A stretch of DNA of 64,000 bases, from the NCBI GenBank assembly GCA_000146045.2, contig BK006941.2, positions 896,001 to 960,000 of the forward strand, given 5' to 3'. Positions 9,934-20,701 of this stretch are shown here, piece after piece. Source of the DNA: TPA_inf: Saccharomyces. Lineage: Eukaryota. Within the stretch, counting starts at the first letter, position 1. Each line of letters begins with the position of its first letter. Below the pieces are notes generated by a model. It saw nothing but the letters and a program-made list of their open reading frames with translations, had not been told where the DNA came from and made no database searches. The position numbers were made by a program, and so were the translations under genes.

Positions 9934-12774
9934 ATGGCTGGTCAAGTGTTGGACGGCAAAGCATGCGCTCAGCAGTTTAGAAGCAATATTGCTAATGAAA
10001 TCAAAAGCATTCAAGGTCACGTGCCTGGGTTTGCACCTAACCTTGCCATCATTCAAGTAGGCAACAGACCAGACTCAGCCACATATGTACGCATGAAGCG
10101 TAAGGCAGCTGAAGAGGCCGGCATTGTTGCTAATTTCATTCATTTAGATGAATCCGCTACTGAATTTGAAGTTCTGCGTTACGTGGACCAGCTGAATGAG
10201 GACCCACATACACACGGTATTATCGTGCAACTACCATTACCCGCTCATTTGGACGAGGATAGAATCACCTCGAGAGTGTTGGCAGAAAAGGACGTGGACG
10301 GGTTCGGGCCCACCAACATTGGCGAATTGAATAAGAAGAACGGACACCCATTCTTTTTGCCCTGCACGCCCAAGGGGATCATTGAGCTGCTTCACAAGGC
10401 CAACGTCACGATTGAAGGTTCCCGGTCCGTTGTGATCGGAAGATCTGACATTGTTGGCTCTCCTGTTGCAGAATTGTTAAAATCTCTAAACTCCACCGTC
10501 ACCATCACTCATTCTAAAACCCGTGATATCGCATCATACTTACACGACGCGGACATCGTAGTCGTTGCCATCGGCCAACCAGAATTTGTGAAGGGTGAAT
10601 GGTTCAAACCAAGAGACGGCACTTCCAGTGATAAGAAAACCGTGGTAATTGATGTTGGCACCAACTACGTTGCTGATCCTTCCAAAAAGTCCGGTTTCAA
10701 ATGTGTTGGTGACGTTGAGTTCAATGAAGCAATCAAATACGTCCATCTAATCACTCCAGTGCCCGGTGGTGTGGGCCCCATGACGGTGGCTATGTTAATG
10801 CAAAATACCTTGATTGCTGCCAAACGCCAAATGGAAGAATCCTCGAAGCCTTTGCAGATTCCTCCCTTGCCATTGAAGTTGCTAACACCTGTTCCTTCCG
10901 ATATAGACATCTCCAGAGCACAACAGCCAAAGCTTATCAACCAGCTTGCTCAAGAATTGGGTATTTACTCTCATGAGTTGGAGCTGTACGGACATTACAA
11001 GGCCAAAATTTCTCCTAAAGTCATCGAAAGGCTGCAGACGCGCCAAAATGGTAAGTACATCTTGGTGTCTGGTATCACACCAACACCACTGGGAGAGGGT
11101 AAATCCACTACAACAATGGGTCTTGTCCAGGCACTAACGGCTCACTTGGGCAAGCCAGCCATTGCGAACGTCAGACAACCCTCCCTAGGACCCACTTTAG
11201 GTGTCAAAGGTGGTGCTGCGGGTGGTGGTTATTCCCAAGTCATCCCAATGGACGAATTCAACTTACATTTGACTGGTGACATTCACGCCATTGGTGCGGC
11301 TAACAACCTACTTGCTGCCGCTATTGACACTAGAATGTTCCATGAGACCACTCAAAAGAACGACGCTACCTTCTACAACAGACTAGTGCCTAGAAAGAAC
11401 GGAAAGAGAAAGTTTACTCCCTCCATGCAAAGAAGATTGAACAGACTGGGTATTCAAAAGACCAACCCCGATGATCTAACACCCGAAGAGATCAACAAAT
11501 TCGCCAGATTGAACATTGACCCGGACACTATTACTATCAAGAGGGTGGTCGATATCAACGACAGAATGTTAAGACAAATCACCATTGGTCAAGCCCCTAC
11601 CGAGAAGAACCACACAAGAGTTACTGGATTCGATATCACCGTTGCTTCTGAATTGATGGCTATTCTTGCTCTTTCAAAGGACTTGAGGGACATGAAGGAA
11701 CGTATTGGAAGAGTCGTTGTTGCTGCTGACGTAAACAGGTCTCCAGTCACTGTTGAAGATGTGGGTTGTACCGGTGCCTTAACCGCTTTATTAAGAGACG
11801 CTATCAAGCCCAACTTGATGCAAACTTTAGAAGGTACTCCTGTCTTGGTCCATGCCGGCCCATTTGCCAACATCTCTATCGGTGCCTCTTCTGTTATTGC
11901 TGATCGCGTGGCTTTGAAATTGGTTGGTACCGAGCCAGAGGCAAAAACAGAAGCTGGTTATGTGGTTACTGAAGCAGGGTTCGATTTCACTATGGGTGGT
12001 GAAAGATTCTTCAACATCAAGTGCCGTTCCTCTGGATTGACACCTAATGCTGTGGTCTTGGTTGCTACTGTTAGGGCATTGAAGTCACACGGTGGTGCTC
12101 CAGATGTCAAACCTGGCCAACCTTTACCTTCCGCATACACTGAAGAGAATATCGAGTTTGTCGAAAAAGGTGCCGCTAACATGTGTAAACAAATTGCCAA
12201 CATTAAGCAATTTGGCGTCCCCGTCGTTGTCGCAATTAACAAGTTTGAAACTGACACTGAAGGTGAAATAGCCGCCATTAGAAAAGCCGCTTTGGAAGCT
12301 GGTGCATTTGAAGCCGTAACCTCTAACCATTGGGCCGAAGGTGGTAAAGGTGCTATCGACTTGGCCAAGGCCGTCATCGAAGCTTCCAACCAACCAGTGG
12401 ACTTCCATTTCCTATATGACGTTAACTCCTCCGTTGAAGACAAATTAACTACTATCGTTCAAAAGATGTACGGTGGTGCCGCAATCGATATCTTGCCTGA
12501 AGCACAACGCAAGATTGACATGTACAAGGAACAAGGTTTCGGTAACTTGCCAATTTGTATCGCCAAGACACAATACTCTTTATCCCACGATGCAACTTTG
12601 AAAGGTGTTCCAACCGGGTTCACTTTCCCCATCAGAGACGTCAGATTGTCTAATGGTGCTGGATACTTATACGCTCTTGCCGCCGAAATACAAACCATTC
12701 CTGGTTTGGCTACCTATGCTGGTTACATGGCCGTGGAAGTCGATGATGACGGTGAGATCGATGGCCTGTTCTAA
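9934..12774 (+). CDS. ADE3: Cytoplasmic trifunctional C1-tetrahydrofolate synthase (methylene-THF dehydrogenase / cyclohydrolase / formyl-THF synthetase), 946 aa (YGR204W).
   Basis: The N-terminus is a dehydrogenase/cyclohydrolase domain. The C-terminus is a formate-THF ligase domain with the P-loop TPTPLGEGKSTT. Length and sequence match ADE3. Confidence 0.95.
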   Translation: MAGQVLDGKACAQQFRSNIANEIKSIQGHVPGFAPNLAIIQVGNRPDSATYVRMKRKAAEEAGIVANFIHLDESATEFEVLRYVDQLNEDPHTHGIIVQLPLPAHLDEDRITSRVLAEKDVDGFGPTNIGELNKKNGHPFFLPCTPKGIIELLHKANVTIEGSRSVVIGRSDIVGSPVAELLKSLNSTVTITHSKTRDIASYLHDADIVVVAIGQPEFVKGEWFKPRDGTSSDKKTVVIDVGTNYVADPSKKSGFKCVGDVEFNEAIKYVHLITPVPGGVGPMTVAMLMQNTLIAAKRQMEESSKPLQIPPLPLKLLTPVPSDIDISRAQQPKLINQLAQELGIYSHELELYGHYKAKISPKVIERLQTRQNGKYILVSGITPTPLGEGKSTTTMGLVQALTAHLGKPAIANVRQPSLGPTLGVKGGAAGGGYSQVIPMDEFNLHLTGDIHAIGAANNLLAAAIDTRMFHETTQKNDATFYNRLVPRKNGKRKFTPSMQRRLNRLGIQKTNPDDLTPEEINKFARLNIDPDTITIKRVVDINDRMLRQITIGQAPTEKNHTRVTGFDITVASELMAILALSKDLRDMKERIGRVVVAADVNRSPVTVEDVGCTGALTALLRDAIKPNLMQTLEGTPVLVHAGPFANISIGASSVIADRVALKLVGTEPEAKTEAGYVVTEAGFDFTMGGERFFNIKCRSSGLTPNAVVLVATVRALKSHGGAPDVKPGQPLPSAYTEENIEFVEKGAANMCKQIANIKQFGVPVVVAINKFETDTEGEIAAIRKAALEAGAFEAVTSNHWAEGGKGAIDLAKAVIEASNQPVDFHFLYDVNSSVEDKLTTIVQKMYGGAAIDILPEAQRKIDMYKEQGFGNLPICIAKTQYSLSHDATLKGVPTGFTFPIRDVRLSNGAGYLYALAAEIQTIPGLATYAGYMAVEVDDDGEIDGLF

Positions 12775-13212
12775 GACAACTTAATTATATAGAATTTAAT
12801 AAAGACAAATGCAAAAGTTTTTTTAAAGTATGGATGTATAATAATAATAACGATAATACGAACACTATTGGGACTAATAATGATTTATAGTTTTTTTTAC
12901 ACAGGGGATTTAACGTTCCGCGACCCTTTTTCCTTTAATTTAACCCCAGTTCCTTAACGTCGAAAATTTCCGATTCCGTTAAGGAGGAGAAAACCTAATT
13001 ACCAAACGAAGCGGGGAGACGCATTAATGAGAACAATAAATGTATGAAACTTTTAGCAATCTAAATGATACTATACCAAGACAAGCGAACACTGGCTAGC
13101 ACAATATTTGGGCGGAACGAAATAAAATAACGAAGATATACATAAGACACAAAGGAAAAAGCGTTCCATTGCATCTCTGAAGTGAATAATATAAAAAGTA
13201 GTAAAGCTAGAA

Positions 13213-14085
13213 ATGTGTGATAAGTCAAAAACGGTATTGGACTACACGATAGAATTCTTGGATAAATATATACCTGAATGGTTTGAGACGGGAAATAAAT
13301 GCCCCTTGTTCATTTTCTTCTCGGGCCCACAAGGCTCAGGCAAAAGTTTTACAAGTATCCAAATCTATAACCATTTGATGGAAAAATATGGGGGTGAAAA
13401 ATCTATCGGTTACGCCTCAATTGATGATTTTTATTTAACTCACGAGGACCAATTGAAACTCAATGAGCAATTCAAGAACAATAAGCTGTTACAAGGACGT
13501 GGTTTACCAGGTACTCATGATATGAAATTGTTGCAAGAGGTATTGAACACCATCTTCAATAATAATGAACATCCGGATCAAGATACTGTCGTACTACCCA
13601 AGTACGATAAATCCCAATTTAAAGGAGAAGGGGACCGTTGCCCCACTGGTCAAAAAATCAAGCTACCAGTCGATATTTTTATCTTAGAAGGTTGGTTCCT
13701 CGGGTTCAACCCCATTTTGCAAGGAATTGAGAATAATGATCTTCTTACTGGGGACATGGTTGATGTCAATGCCAAGCTCTTCTTCTATAGCGACTTGTTG
13801 TGGCGCAACCCAGAAATCAAATCTTTAGGGATAGTATTCACCACCGATAACATTAACAATGTTTATGGCTGGAGACTACAACAGGAGCATGAACTAATAT
13901 CAAAGGTCGGAAAGGGGATGACCGACGAACAAGTGCATGCTTTTGTGGATAGATACATGCCCTCCTATAAACTTTATTTGAACGACTTTGTCCGGAGTGA
14001 AAGTTTAGGTTCCATTGCTACATTGACGTTAGGAATCGACTCCAACAGGAATGTATATTCTACGAAAACGAGATGTATTGAATAG
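13213..14085 (+). CDS. TDA10: P-loop kinase-like ATP-binding protein (YGR205W), 290 aa.
   Basis: A Walker A motif is present (FFSGPQGSGKSFT). The fold is glycerate/uridine-kinase-like, and length and position match TDA10. Confidence 0.8.
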   Translation: MCDKSKTVLDYTIEFLDKYIPEWFETGNKCPLFIFFSGPQGSGKSFTSIQIYNHLMEKYGGEKSIGYASIDDFYLTHEDQLKLNEQFKNNKLLQGRGLPGTHDMKLLQEVLNTIFNNNEHPDQDTVVLPKYDKSQFKGEGDRCPTGQKIKLPVDIFILEGWFLGFNPILQGIENNDLLTGDMVDVNAKLFFYSDLLWRNPEIKSLGIVFTTDNINNVYGWRLQQEHELISKVGKGMTDEQVHAFVDRYMPSYKLYLNDFVRSESLGSIATLTLGIDSNRNVYSTKTRCIE

Positions 14086-14112
14086 TGATGTTATGACCTT
14101 TTTTTTTACGCC

Positions 14113-14136
14113 TTTTTTTTTTTTTTTTTTTTTTTT
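14113..14136. repeat. A 24-nt homopolymeric dT tract (poly dA:dT) in the TDA10-MVB12 intergenic region, preceded by a 9-nt T run at 14099-14107.
   Basis: Read directly from the sequence: ...CCTTTTTTTTTTTTTTTTTTTTTTTTAATT. Confidence 0.95.
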
Positions 14137-14431
14137 AATTTATCTCACTTTTCCCTTCTATTTTATGTACTAACAGATAATTTTATAATGATTTCATGTA
14201 TTTTTGGTTCAGAATTTTGACAAGGCAACTCTTGAATAATTGTCGTATGCAAAAAAAATTGTTTATCTGTTACATATCCATCATAAAACTTTTATAGAGC
14301 TTTTATTGTCCTTCTTATACAAATACCGTTCAGAGGCTGTCCGAGATTTAAGCGGTTTTGGAAAAATTACTGCTATTAATTAAGATTAAAAAGGAAAGGA
14401 AAATAGCAATGGGAGCTTATCGCATAAAAAA

Positions 14432-14737
14432 ATGAACAATAATGTTGAAGAACTCCTACGGCGTATTCCCCTCTACAACAAATATGGTAAGGATTTTCCA
14501 CAAGAAACAGTGACTAGGTTTCAGATGCCTGAATTTAAGTTACCAGCGCTACAACCAACAAGGGACTTATTATGCCCTTGGTACGAAGAATGTGACAATA
14601 TCACCAAAGTCTGTCAGTTACATGATTCTTCTAATAAGAAATTCGATCAGTGGTACAAGGAGCAATATCTGAGTAAAAAACCACCGGGAATTGTTGGAAA
14701 CACACTATTATCTCCATCAAGAAAGGATAATTCCTAG
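14432..14737 (+). CDS. MVB12: ESCRT-I subunit Mvb12 (YGR206W), 101 aa.
   Basis: This is a 101-aa ORF, and size and chromosomal position match MVB12. I recognise the sequence but cannot verify it without a search. Confidence 0.7.
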   Translation: MNNNVEELLRRIPLYNKYGKDFPQETVTRFQMPEFKLPALQPTRDLLCPWYEECDNITKVCQLHDSSNKKFDQWYKEQYLSKKPPGIVGNTLLSPSRKDNS

Positions 14738-14842
14738 TTAAATTGCATTTCGATATCTATGTACACATATACAGCAATTTTTTTTTATAAACCTTAGTAA
14801 TATTATCAGTTTTCATTTTATGTCATTTGACCTTTGTTGCAT

Positions 14843-15628
14843 TTAAATGGCCTTAACTTCTTTTAACTTTTCAATCAATTCATCCACAGAATTCAATTTC
14901 ACACCAGGTGACTTAGTCTTTGGCTCTTCCATCGACACTATCTTTAACTGAGGTTCAATATTAATTTCAGGAAAATCTTTTGCTATATCCAATTTTTCAA
15001 TAGGCTTTTTCTTCGCCTTCATTAGTTTGGGCAGTCCTACGTAACGCGGAGTGTTCAATCTCAAATCTGTAGTAATAACCATTGGTAAGGAAGCTTCAAT
15101 TACTTCTTCTCCATCGTCAATTTCTCTTGTTACCTGAACTCTACCATTATCAAGGAATTCCACCTTTGCCGCATTTGTTGCCTGTGGCCAATTTAATAAA
15201 CCTGCCAACATCTGACCGGTGTTGTTACAGTCATCATCAATGGCTTGCTTTCCCATCAAAACCAGATTAGAACCCTTCTTTTCAACAACAGCTTTTAAGA
15301 TTTTAGCAATTGCTAAGGGCTCTATGTTTTCTTTACCCACAGAGTCAATTAAACTACAGGTGTCTATTCCCTTAGCAAGGCAATTTCTTAGAATATCCTG
15401 AGCTTTGGCGGAGCCAATAGAAACTGCATGCGTAGATTCTACTAAACTCTTGTTCTTTTCTTTAATTCTGATGGCTTCTTCGACAGCAATATCATCGAAA
15501 GGGTTGATACTGAATTTGATTCCACTGGTTTCAATCCCAGTTAAGGTCTTATTTACTCTAGGCTTGATCTGGAAATCAACTACCCTTTTCACCGGAACTA
15601 ATATACGTAGTTGCTGTTTTGCAGACAT
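14843..15628 (-). CDS. CIR1: Mitochondrial electron-transfer flavoprotein beta subunit (YGR207C), 261 aa.
   Basis: The ETF-beta family sequence is recognisable (RILVPVKRVVD...NPFDDIAVEEAIRIKE). The ORF track starts at 15688, but the recalled 261-aa product starts at the ATG at 15626-15628 (MSAKQQLRIL...). Confidence 0.8.
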   Translation of the reverse strand: MSAKQQLRILVPVKRVVDFQIKPRVNKTLTGIETSGIKFSINPFDDIAVEEAIRIKEKNKSLVESTHAVSIGSAKAQDILRNCLAKGIDTCSLIDSVGKENIEPLAIAKILKAVVEKKGSNLVLMGKQAIDDDCNNTGQMLAGLLNWPQATNAAKVEFLDNGRVQVTREIDDGEEVIEASLPMVITTDLRLNTPRYVGLPKLMKAKKKPIEKLDIAKDFPEINIEPQLKIVSMEEPKTKSPGVKLNSVDELIEKLKEVKAI

Positions 15629-15882
15629 TTTTATTACTCTTTCTGATACTTGATTATCGGGGTTATTGATCCTAGTGTGTCTTGACAACGTTTCTCGAAT
15701 CAGGATTATTTTACACCGAGAAAGAAAGAGTCAATACTAATAATCTCGAAAGATCTTCAAGTGAAAAATAAAAAAAAATGATAAATAAAAAATAGAAACT
15801 ATGAAACTATGTAAAAAAAAAACAAATAGACATATCCAAGCAAGTCCAATAGCATAGACATTAAGCACGACAGCTGTAAAAA

Positions 15883-16812
15883 ATGTCAAAGTTTGTTATC
15901 ACCTGCATAGCTCATGGAGAAAATCTCCCAAAAGAAACCATCGACCAGATTGCGAAAGAAATTACTGAAAGCTCGGCGAAAGATGTATCAATCAATGGTA
16001 CCAAGAAACTATCGGCCAGAGCTACCGATATATTCATTGAAGTCGCAGGATCGATTGTTCAAAAAGACCTCAAGAATAAGCTGACGAACGTCATTGACAG
16101 TCATAATGATGTTGATGTTATTGTTTCTGTCGACAATGAATATCGTCAAGCCAAAAAGCTCTTTGTCTTTGACATGGATTCAACATTAATCTACCAAGAG
16201 GTCATCGAATTGATTGCCGCTTATGCTGGTGTTGAAGAACAAGTGCACGAGATCACAGAAAGAGCCATGAACAATGAACTTGATTTCAAAGAGTCTTTAA
16301 GAGAACGCGTTAAATTATTGCAAGGCCTCCAAGTCGATACACTATATGATGAAATAAAACAAAAGCTAGAGGTCACCAAGGGTGTGCCAGAACTATGCAA
16401 GTTCCTTCACAAAAAAAATTGCAAGCTCGCTGTTTTAAGCGGTGGTTTTATTCAGTTTGCCGGTTTTATCAAGGATCAGTTAGGTTTAGATTTTTGTAAG
16501 GCAAACTTGTTGGAAGTTGACACTGATGGAAAATTAACCGGTAAAACACTGGGTCCTATCGTAGACGGACAGTGCAAGAGTGAAACCCTTCTGCAACTAT
16601 GTAATGACTACAATGTTCCAGTTGAAGCAAGTTGTATGGTGGGTGACGGTGGTAACGACCTGCCAGCCATGGCTACCGCCGGGTTTGGGATCGCATGGAA
16701 CGCCAAGCCAAAGGTGCAGAAAGCTGCACCTTGTAAGTTGAATACCAAGAGCATGACTGACATTTTATACATTCTTGGTTACACCGATGATGAAATATAC
16801 AATAGACAATGA
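15883..16812 (+). CDS. SER2: Phosphoserine phosphatase (HAD superfamily), 309 aa (YGR208W).
   Basis: The HAD motif I DxDST is present (FVFDMDSTLI), with a C-terminal GDGGND motif. Length matches SER2. Confidence 0.9.
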   Translation: MSKFVITCIAHGENLPKETIDQIAKEITESSAKDVSINGTKKLSARATDIFIEVAGSIVQKDLKNKLTNVIDSHNDVDVIVSVDNEYRQAKKLFVFDMDSTLIYQEVIELIAAYAGVEEQVHEITERAMNNELDFKESLRERVKLLQGLQVDTLYDEIKQKLEVTKGVPELCKFLHKKNCKLAVLSGGFIQFAGFIKDQLGLDFCKANLLEVDTDGKLTGKTLGPIVDGQCKSETLLQLCNDYNVPVEASCMVGDGGNDLPAMATAGFGIAWNAKPKVQKAAPCKLNTKSMTDILYILGYTDDEIYNRQ

Positions 16813-16912
16813 AGAAAATAATGATAGATAGATGTAATAGAGTTTCTTTTTAAAATTGTTTATTTAAACTGGTAAACATGATGTACTTTACGTAGCGTTA
16901 ATATACCGGCAA

Positions 16913-17227
16913 CTATACGTTGGAAGCAATAGCTTGCTTGATAGCAGCTGGGTTGGCACCGACGACTCTGGTAACCTCCTTACCGCCCTTGTAGAAGATT
17001 AGGGTAGGCATGGAAGAAACTTCAGCTTTTTGAGCAACATCTGAGACTTCATCAACATCCAACTTGTAAAAAGCAGCGTCAGAATATTGTTCTGCAAACT
17101 TTTCAATCATTGGTGCAATCATTTTACATGGCCCACACCATGTGGCAAAAAAGTCAACAACGACTAACTTGTCGCCAGATGCTAAAGCACTGTCGTATTC
17201 AGAAGCGGATTTTAATTGAGTGACCAT
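16913..17227 (-). CDS. TRX2: Cytoplasmic thioredoxin 2, 104 aa (YGR209C).
   Basis: The active site WCGPCK is present. The ORF track starts at 17299, but the recalled 104-aa thioredoxin starts at the ATG at 17225-17227 (MVTQLKSASEYD...). Confidence 0.9.
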   Translation of the reverse strand: MVTQLKSASEYDSALASGDKLVVVDFFATWCGPCKMIAPMIEKFAEQYSDAAFYKLDVDEVSDVAQKAEVSSMPTLIFYKGGKEVTRVVGANPAAIKQAIASNV

Positions 17228-17401
17228 TATTGATGTGTTATTTAAAGATATCGTAGACTCTCGTGTATGTGTGCGTGTATAATTCTTGCTAGACAACAAA
17301 TAAAAACTGGTCCTCGTTATTCTCTTGTCAGCTTTTCATCCCCCGAATGGCTTTCTTATATACTGATATCCCTCTTTCGGCTGGCTGGAAACTGAACGCG
17401 C

Positions 17402-17444
17402 TTAGTAAGAAAAGAGCCACCTTGTAGGGAGCATCCTTTACTAA
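17402..17444. promoter_or_regulatory. Pair of Yap1 response elements (TTAGTAA at 17402-17408 and TTACTAA at 17438-17444) in the TRX2 promoter.
   Basis: Two AP-1-like half-site palindromes lie 175-215 bp upstream of the TRX2 ATG (minus strand, ATG at 17225-17227). TRX2 is a classical Yap1 target with two YREs. Confidence 0.65.
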
Positions 17445-17502
17445 GAGTATAAACAATTACACATATACTTTGATGATTACTTAATATTCACTGGCACTCA
17501 AG

Positions 17503-18738
17503 TTATGCTGATCTTGGAGCGATCTTGAAGCCGAGTATGTCATTCTTACCGGGCTCAACAAGACTTTCTTCACTGACTCTCACGCCGCCAACGGTTTCAA
17601 TGCTTGCAATGGTGACCTCGCCACCCATGATATACCTGGCAACTTTGCCAACAGGGGTTCCTCGCTTGACCAAAAAACAATCTCTAAATACGTTGGTTCC
17701 GTTGCCACCCGTAAAAGTCTGGATGTTCTTCACAGTGTACACCGGTATTAGACCAAGGATGTCCGTTGCTGCTTGCAGAACCTGAACAACACCCGTAGAT
17801 CCGAATCTATACAGGACCAAATCTCTGATATTTTCAATTCTGTTAAGGATCTTGTCGTCCAGTGGCTTTAGTTTGTCTGGCTCGTCCTCAAATGTGTCAA
17901 CAAATTCCGTGCCCTCCTCGTATAATATAAAACCTTGCTTTTTCAATTTCCTCAAAAAAACTTCCGTCACTGCACTGGTCAGTACAGCTTTGGTGTCAGG
18001 ATACTTTAGCATGATTTTAGAAACATTTTTATCGGCGTCAGGGTGGTCAATCTTGTTGAGTGCCAACACAGTTGGAAATTTCTCCATCATAAAGGACTTG
18101 ACCACTCGAGTGATCCATTCGTCATCCCATTTTTCCAAAGGTGGTAGTCCCTTCAACCTGTCCAGGGCTTTTTGGATCATGGGCGCATGTGAACCGTACC
18201 CACCGAATTGCGCTTGAAGTGTGTCCACTATGCTAGATTTCGTTGCTGTATGTTTACGCACAATAGACCCCCATCTTTTCTTCAGGTTCCCCTCAACCCA
18301 AAGCCTGATTTCGTCTTGCAGCCATTCTATATCGTTCAATGGATCATATCCTCTTGTGTTCTTCCCCTCTGCATCTGTGGTTCCACTAACGTCCACCACA
18401 TGAATAAGAGCATCTGCGTGTCTTAAATCATCCAAGAATTTATTTCCAAGCCCTCTGCCGGAATGCGCTCCAGGCACAAGCCCTGCCACATCCAACAGTT
18501 TGATGGGGATATGCCTCTTACCCTTGCTACACCACCCGTAGTTAGGTTTACAAAGATCTTCCTTGCCAAATCTGGAGCAAGCACACTCAACTTGCAAGTA
18601 GCCGGTTGCCTGATTTGGCTCGATCGTGGTAAAGGGAAATGCTCCTACCGCCGCACCTGCGTCCGTCAAAGAATTTAATGTGGTGGATTTCCCTGAAGAT
18701 GGCTTACCCACAATACCAATCAATGGATCCCTGGGCAT
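17503..18738 (-). CDS. Obg/DRG-like P-loop GTPase of unknown function (YGR210C), 411 aa.
   Basis: The G1 motif GKPSSGKST is at the N-terminus, and the architecture is Obg-family. Length and position match YGR210C. Confidence 0.8.
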
Positions 18739-19020
18739 ACTGGCTCTATTTCCGTTTTATTCTTACAGACAGCTTATACTACAAGTTAGTTGGACAAAAG
18801 CTAAAAGACGGAAAACGAAAACGCAAAATGAAAATAAAACCAACTCTCATTACAATTCATCCTAGAACACTTACACATCTGTTTTGCACTGCATAGCATT
18901 ACATTTCTTGCATATCTATCTATTCGAGAAAAAAAAAAAAAGGCATCGAGTGAATTTTTCACCTTGATAAAAAAGCCCTTACTAACCCTACAATAAATTG
19001 TGCCGAAACCCTCTGGAGTT

Positions 19021-19036
19021 TTCTAGAATATTCTAG
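19021..19036. promoter_or_regulatory. Canonical 3-unit heat-shock element TTCtaGAAtaTTCtag in the divergent YGR210C / ZPR1 promoter.
   Basis: There are perfect alternating nTTCnnGAAnnTTCn units. A further CTAGAAtaTCC partial unit lies about 20 bp downstream. Confidence 0.55.
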
Positions 19037-19240
19037 CCCCATCAGGGCTAGAATATCCTAAAAGTTTATAGTTGACGAAAATTTTTCAGCGATGAGATGC
19101 ACATTTATAATGCTATGATGTTCAACGCAAAGGAAATCATAGCGTTATCGGGTAGGTTCGCATCGTTAGCAATAGCTAGTCGCATATATACACAGAGATA
19201 CATATTATACCTATACCGTTAAGAAATAGGATAGAAAATA

Positions 19241-20701
19241 ATGAGCGAACAAAAGGAAGATTTGTTTAAACCAGTAGGAGAAGCTGCTGCAGAGGTCGAA
19301 GATGAAAGCATAGCCGAACAGAACAAAGCTAATGACGGCGTCAAGTTAACCGGCGCACAGGACGCCATGGGCCATCCAGTGCAAGAGATAGAGTCTCTTT
19401 GTATGAATTGTGGAAAGAACGGTACAACCAGACTTCTTCTGACTTCCATCCCTTATTTCAGAGAAATAATTATTATGTCATTCGACTGTCCTCACTGTGG
19501 GTTTAAGAACTGTGAGATCCAACCCGCTTCTCAAATTCAAGAGAAGGGCTCTCGTTACGTTTTGAAAGTGGAGTGCCGTGAAGATTTTAACAGGCAAGTT
19601 ATTAAGTCAGAAACTGCCACTTGTAAGTTTGTCGAGCTAGACATTGAGATTCCTGCTAAGAGAGGTCAATTGACGACAGTTGAAGGTTTGTTATCCGAGA
19701 TGATCGACGATCTGTCGCAAGACCAGGAAATGAGAAAATCTATAGACGAAGCTCTTTACAAGAAGATCGATGACTTCATACAGAAAGTTAAATCCTACAT
19801 CAATTGTGAACCCAACACTATTCCGATTACATTTATTTTGGATGATCCTGCGGGAAATTCCTGGATCGAATACAAACCCGGTGAACCTCAACACAAATGG
19901 TCTCATACCCAGTACGTGAGAACCGACGAACAAAACGTTCAAGTTGGCATTATTACTAGAGACCAGTTGGAGCAACGTCGCCAAGAACAATTAAAACAAT
20001 TGGCCAACCGTGAAAGAAATCCTTCTGAATCTGTCAAAGTTGGCTCAGCAAACCCACAGTTTTTGTCAGACGCCACCGACATCGAAAACTTTAACAACGA
20101 GGTGCAAACATTCAGAGCTTCTTGTCCATCGTGTACCCAAGAGTGTGAAACTCATATGAAGCCAGTAAATATCCCACACTTTAAAGAAGTCATTATCATG
20201 TCGACGGTCTGCGATCATTGTGGTTATAAGTCTAATGAGGTGAAGACCGGTGGTGCCATCCCTGACAAAGGAAGAAGGATTACTTTATACTGTGACGATG
20301 CAGCTGACTTGTCCCGTGATATTTTGAAATCTGAGACCTGTAGTATGGTAATTCCTGAATTACATCTTGATATTCAAGAAGGTACATTGGGTGGTAGATT
20401 CACCACTTTGGAAGGTTTACTAAGACAAGTCTACGAAGAACTAGAATCCCGTATTTTCACTCAAACTTCGGATTCCATGGACGAAGCAACGAAAGCCCGC
20501 TGGGTAGAATTTTTTGCCAAGCTAAAGGAGGCCATCGCTGGGAAAGTCAAGTTCACAGTCATTATGGAAGATCCATTGGCCGGGTCGTACATACAAAATG
20601 TCTACGCCCCAGATCCGGATCCAAACATGACTATCGAAGATTATGAAAGAACTAAAGAGCAAAATGAAGACCTGGGATTGTCCGATATCAAGGTTGAGTA
20701 A
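19241..20701 (+). CDS. ZPR1: Zinc-finger protein Zpr1 (eEF1A-binding), 486 aa (YGR211W).
   Basis: The product has two duplicated ZPR1-type C4 zinc-finger modules (C-x2-C...C-x2-C twice: CMNCGKNG...CPHCGFKN and CPSCTQEC...CDHCGYKS). Confidence 0.9.
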   Translation: MSEQKEDLFKPVGEAAAEVEDESIAEQNKANDGVKLTGAQDAMGHPVQEIESLCMNCGKNGTTRLLLTSIPYFREIIIMSFDCPHCGFKNCEIQPASQIQEKGSRYVLKVECREDFNRQVIKSETATCKFVELDIEIPAKRGQLTTVEGLLSEMIDDLSQDQEMRKSIDEALYKKIDDFIQKVKSYINCEPNTIPITFILDDPAGNSWIEYKPGEPQHKWSHTQYVRTDEQNVQVGIITRDQLEQRRQEQLKQLANRERNPSESVKVGSANPQFLSDATDIENFNNEVQTFRASCPSCTQECETHMKPVNIPHFKEVIIMSTVCDHCGYKSNEVKTGGAIPDKGRRITLYCDDAADLSRDILKSETCSMVIPELHLDIQEGTLGGRFTTLEGLLRQVYEELESRIFTQTSDSMDEATKARWVEFFAKLKEAIAGKVKFTVIMEDPLAGSYIQNVYAPDPDPNMTIEDYERTKEQNEDLGLSDIKVE

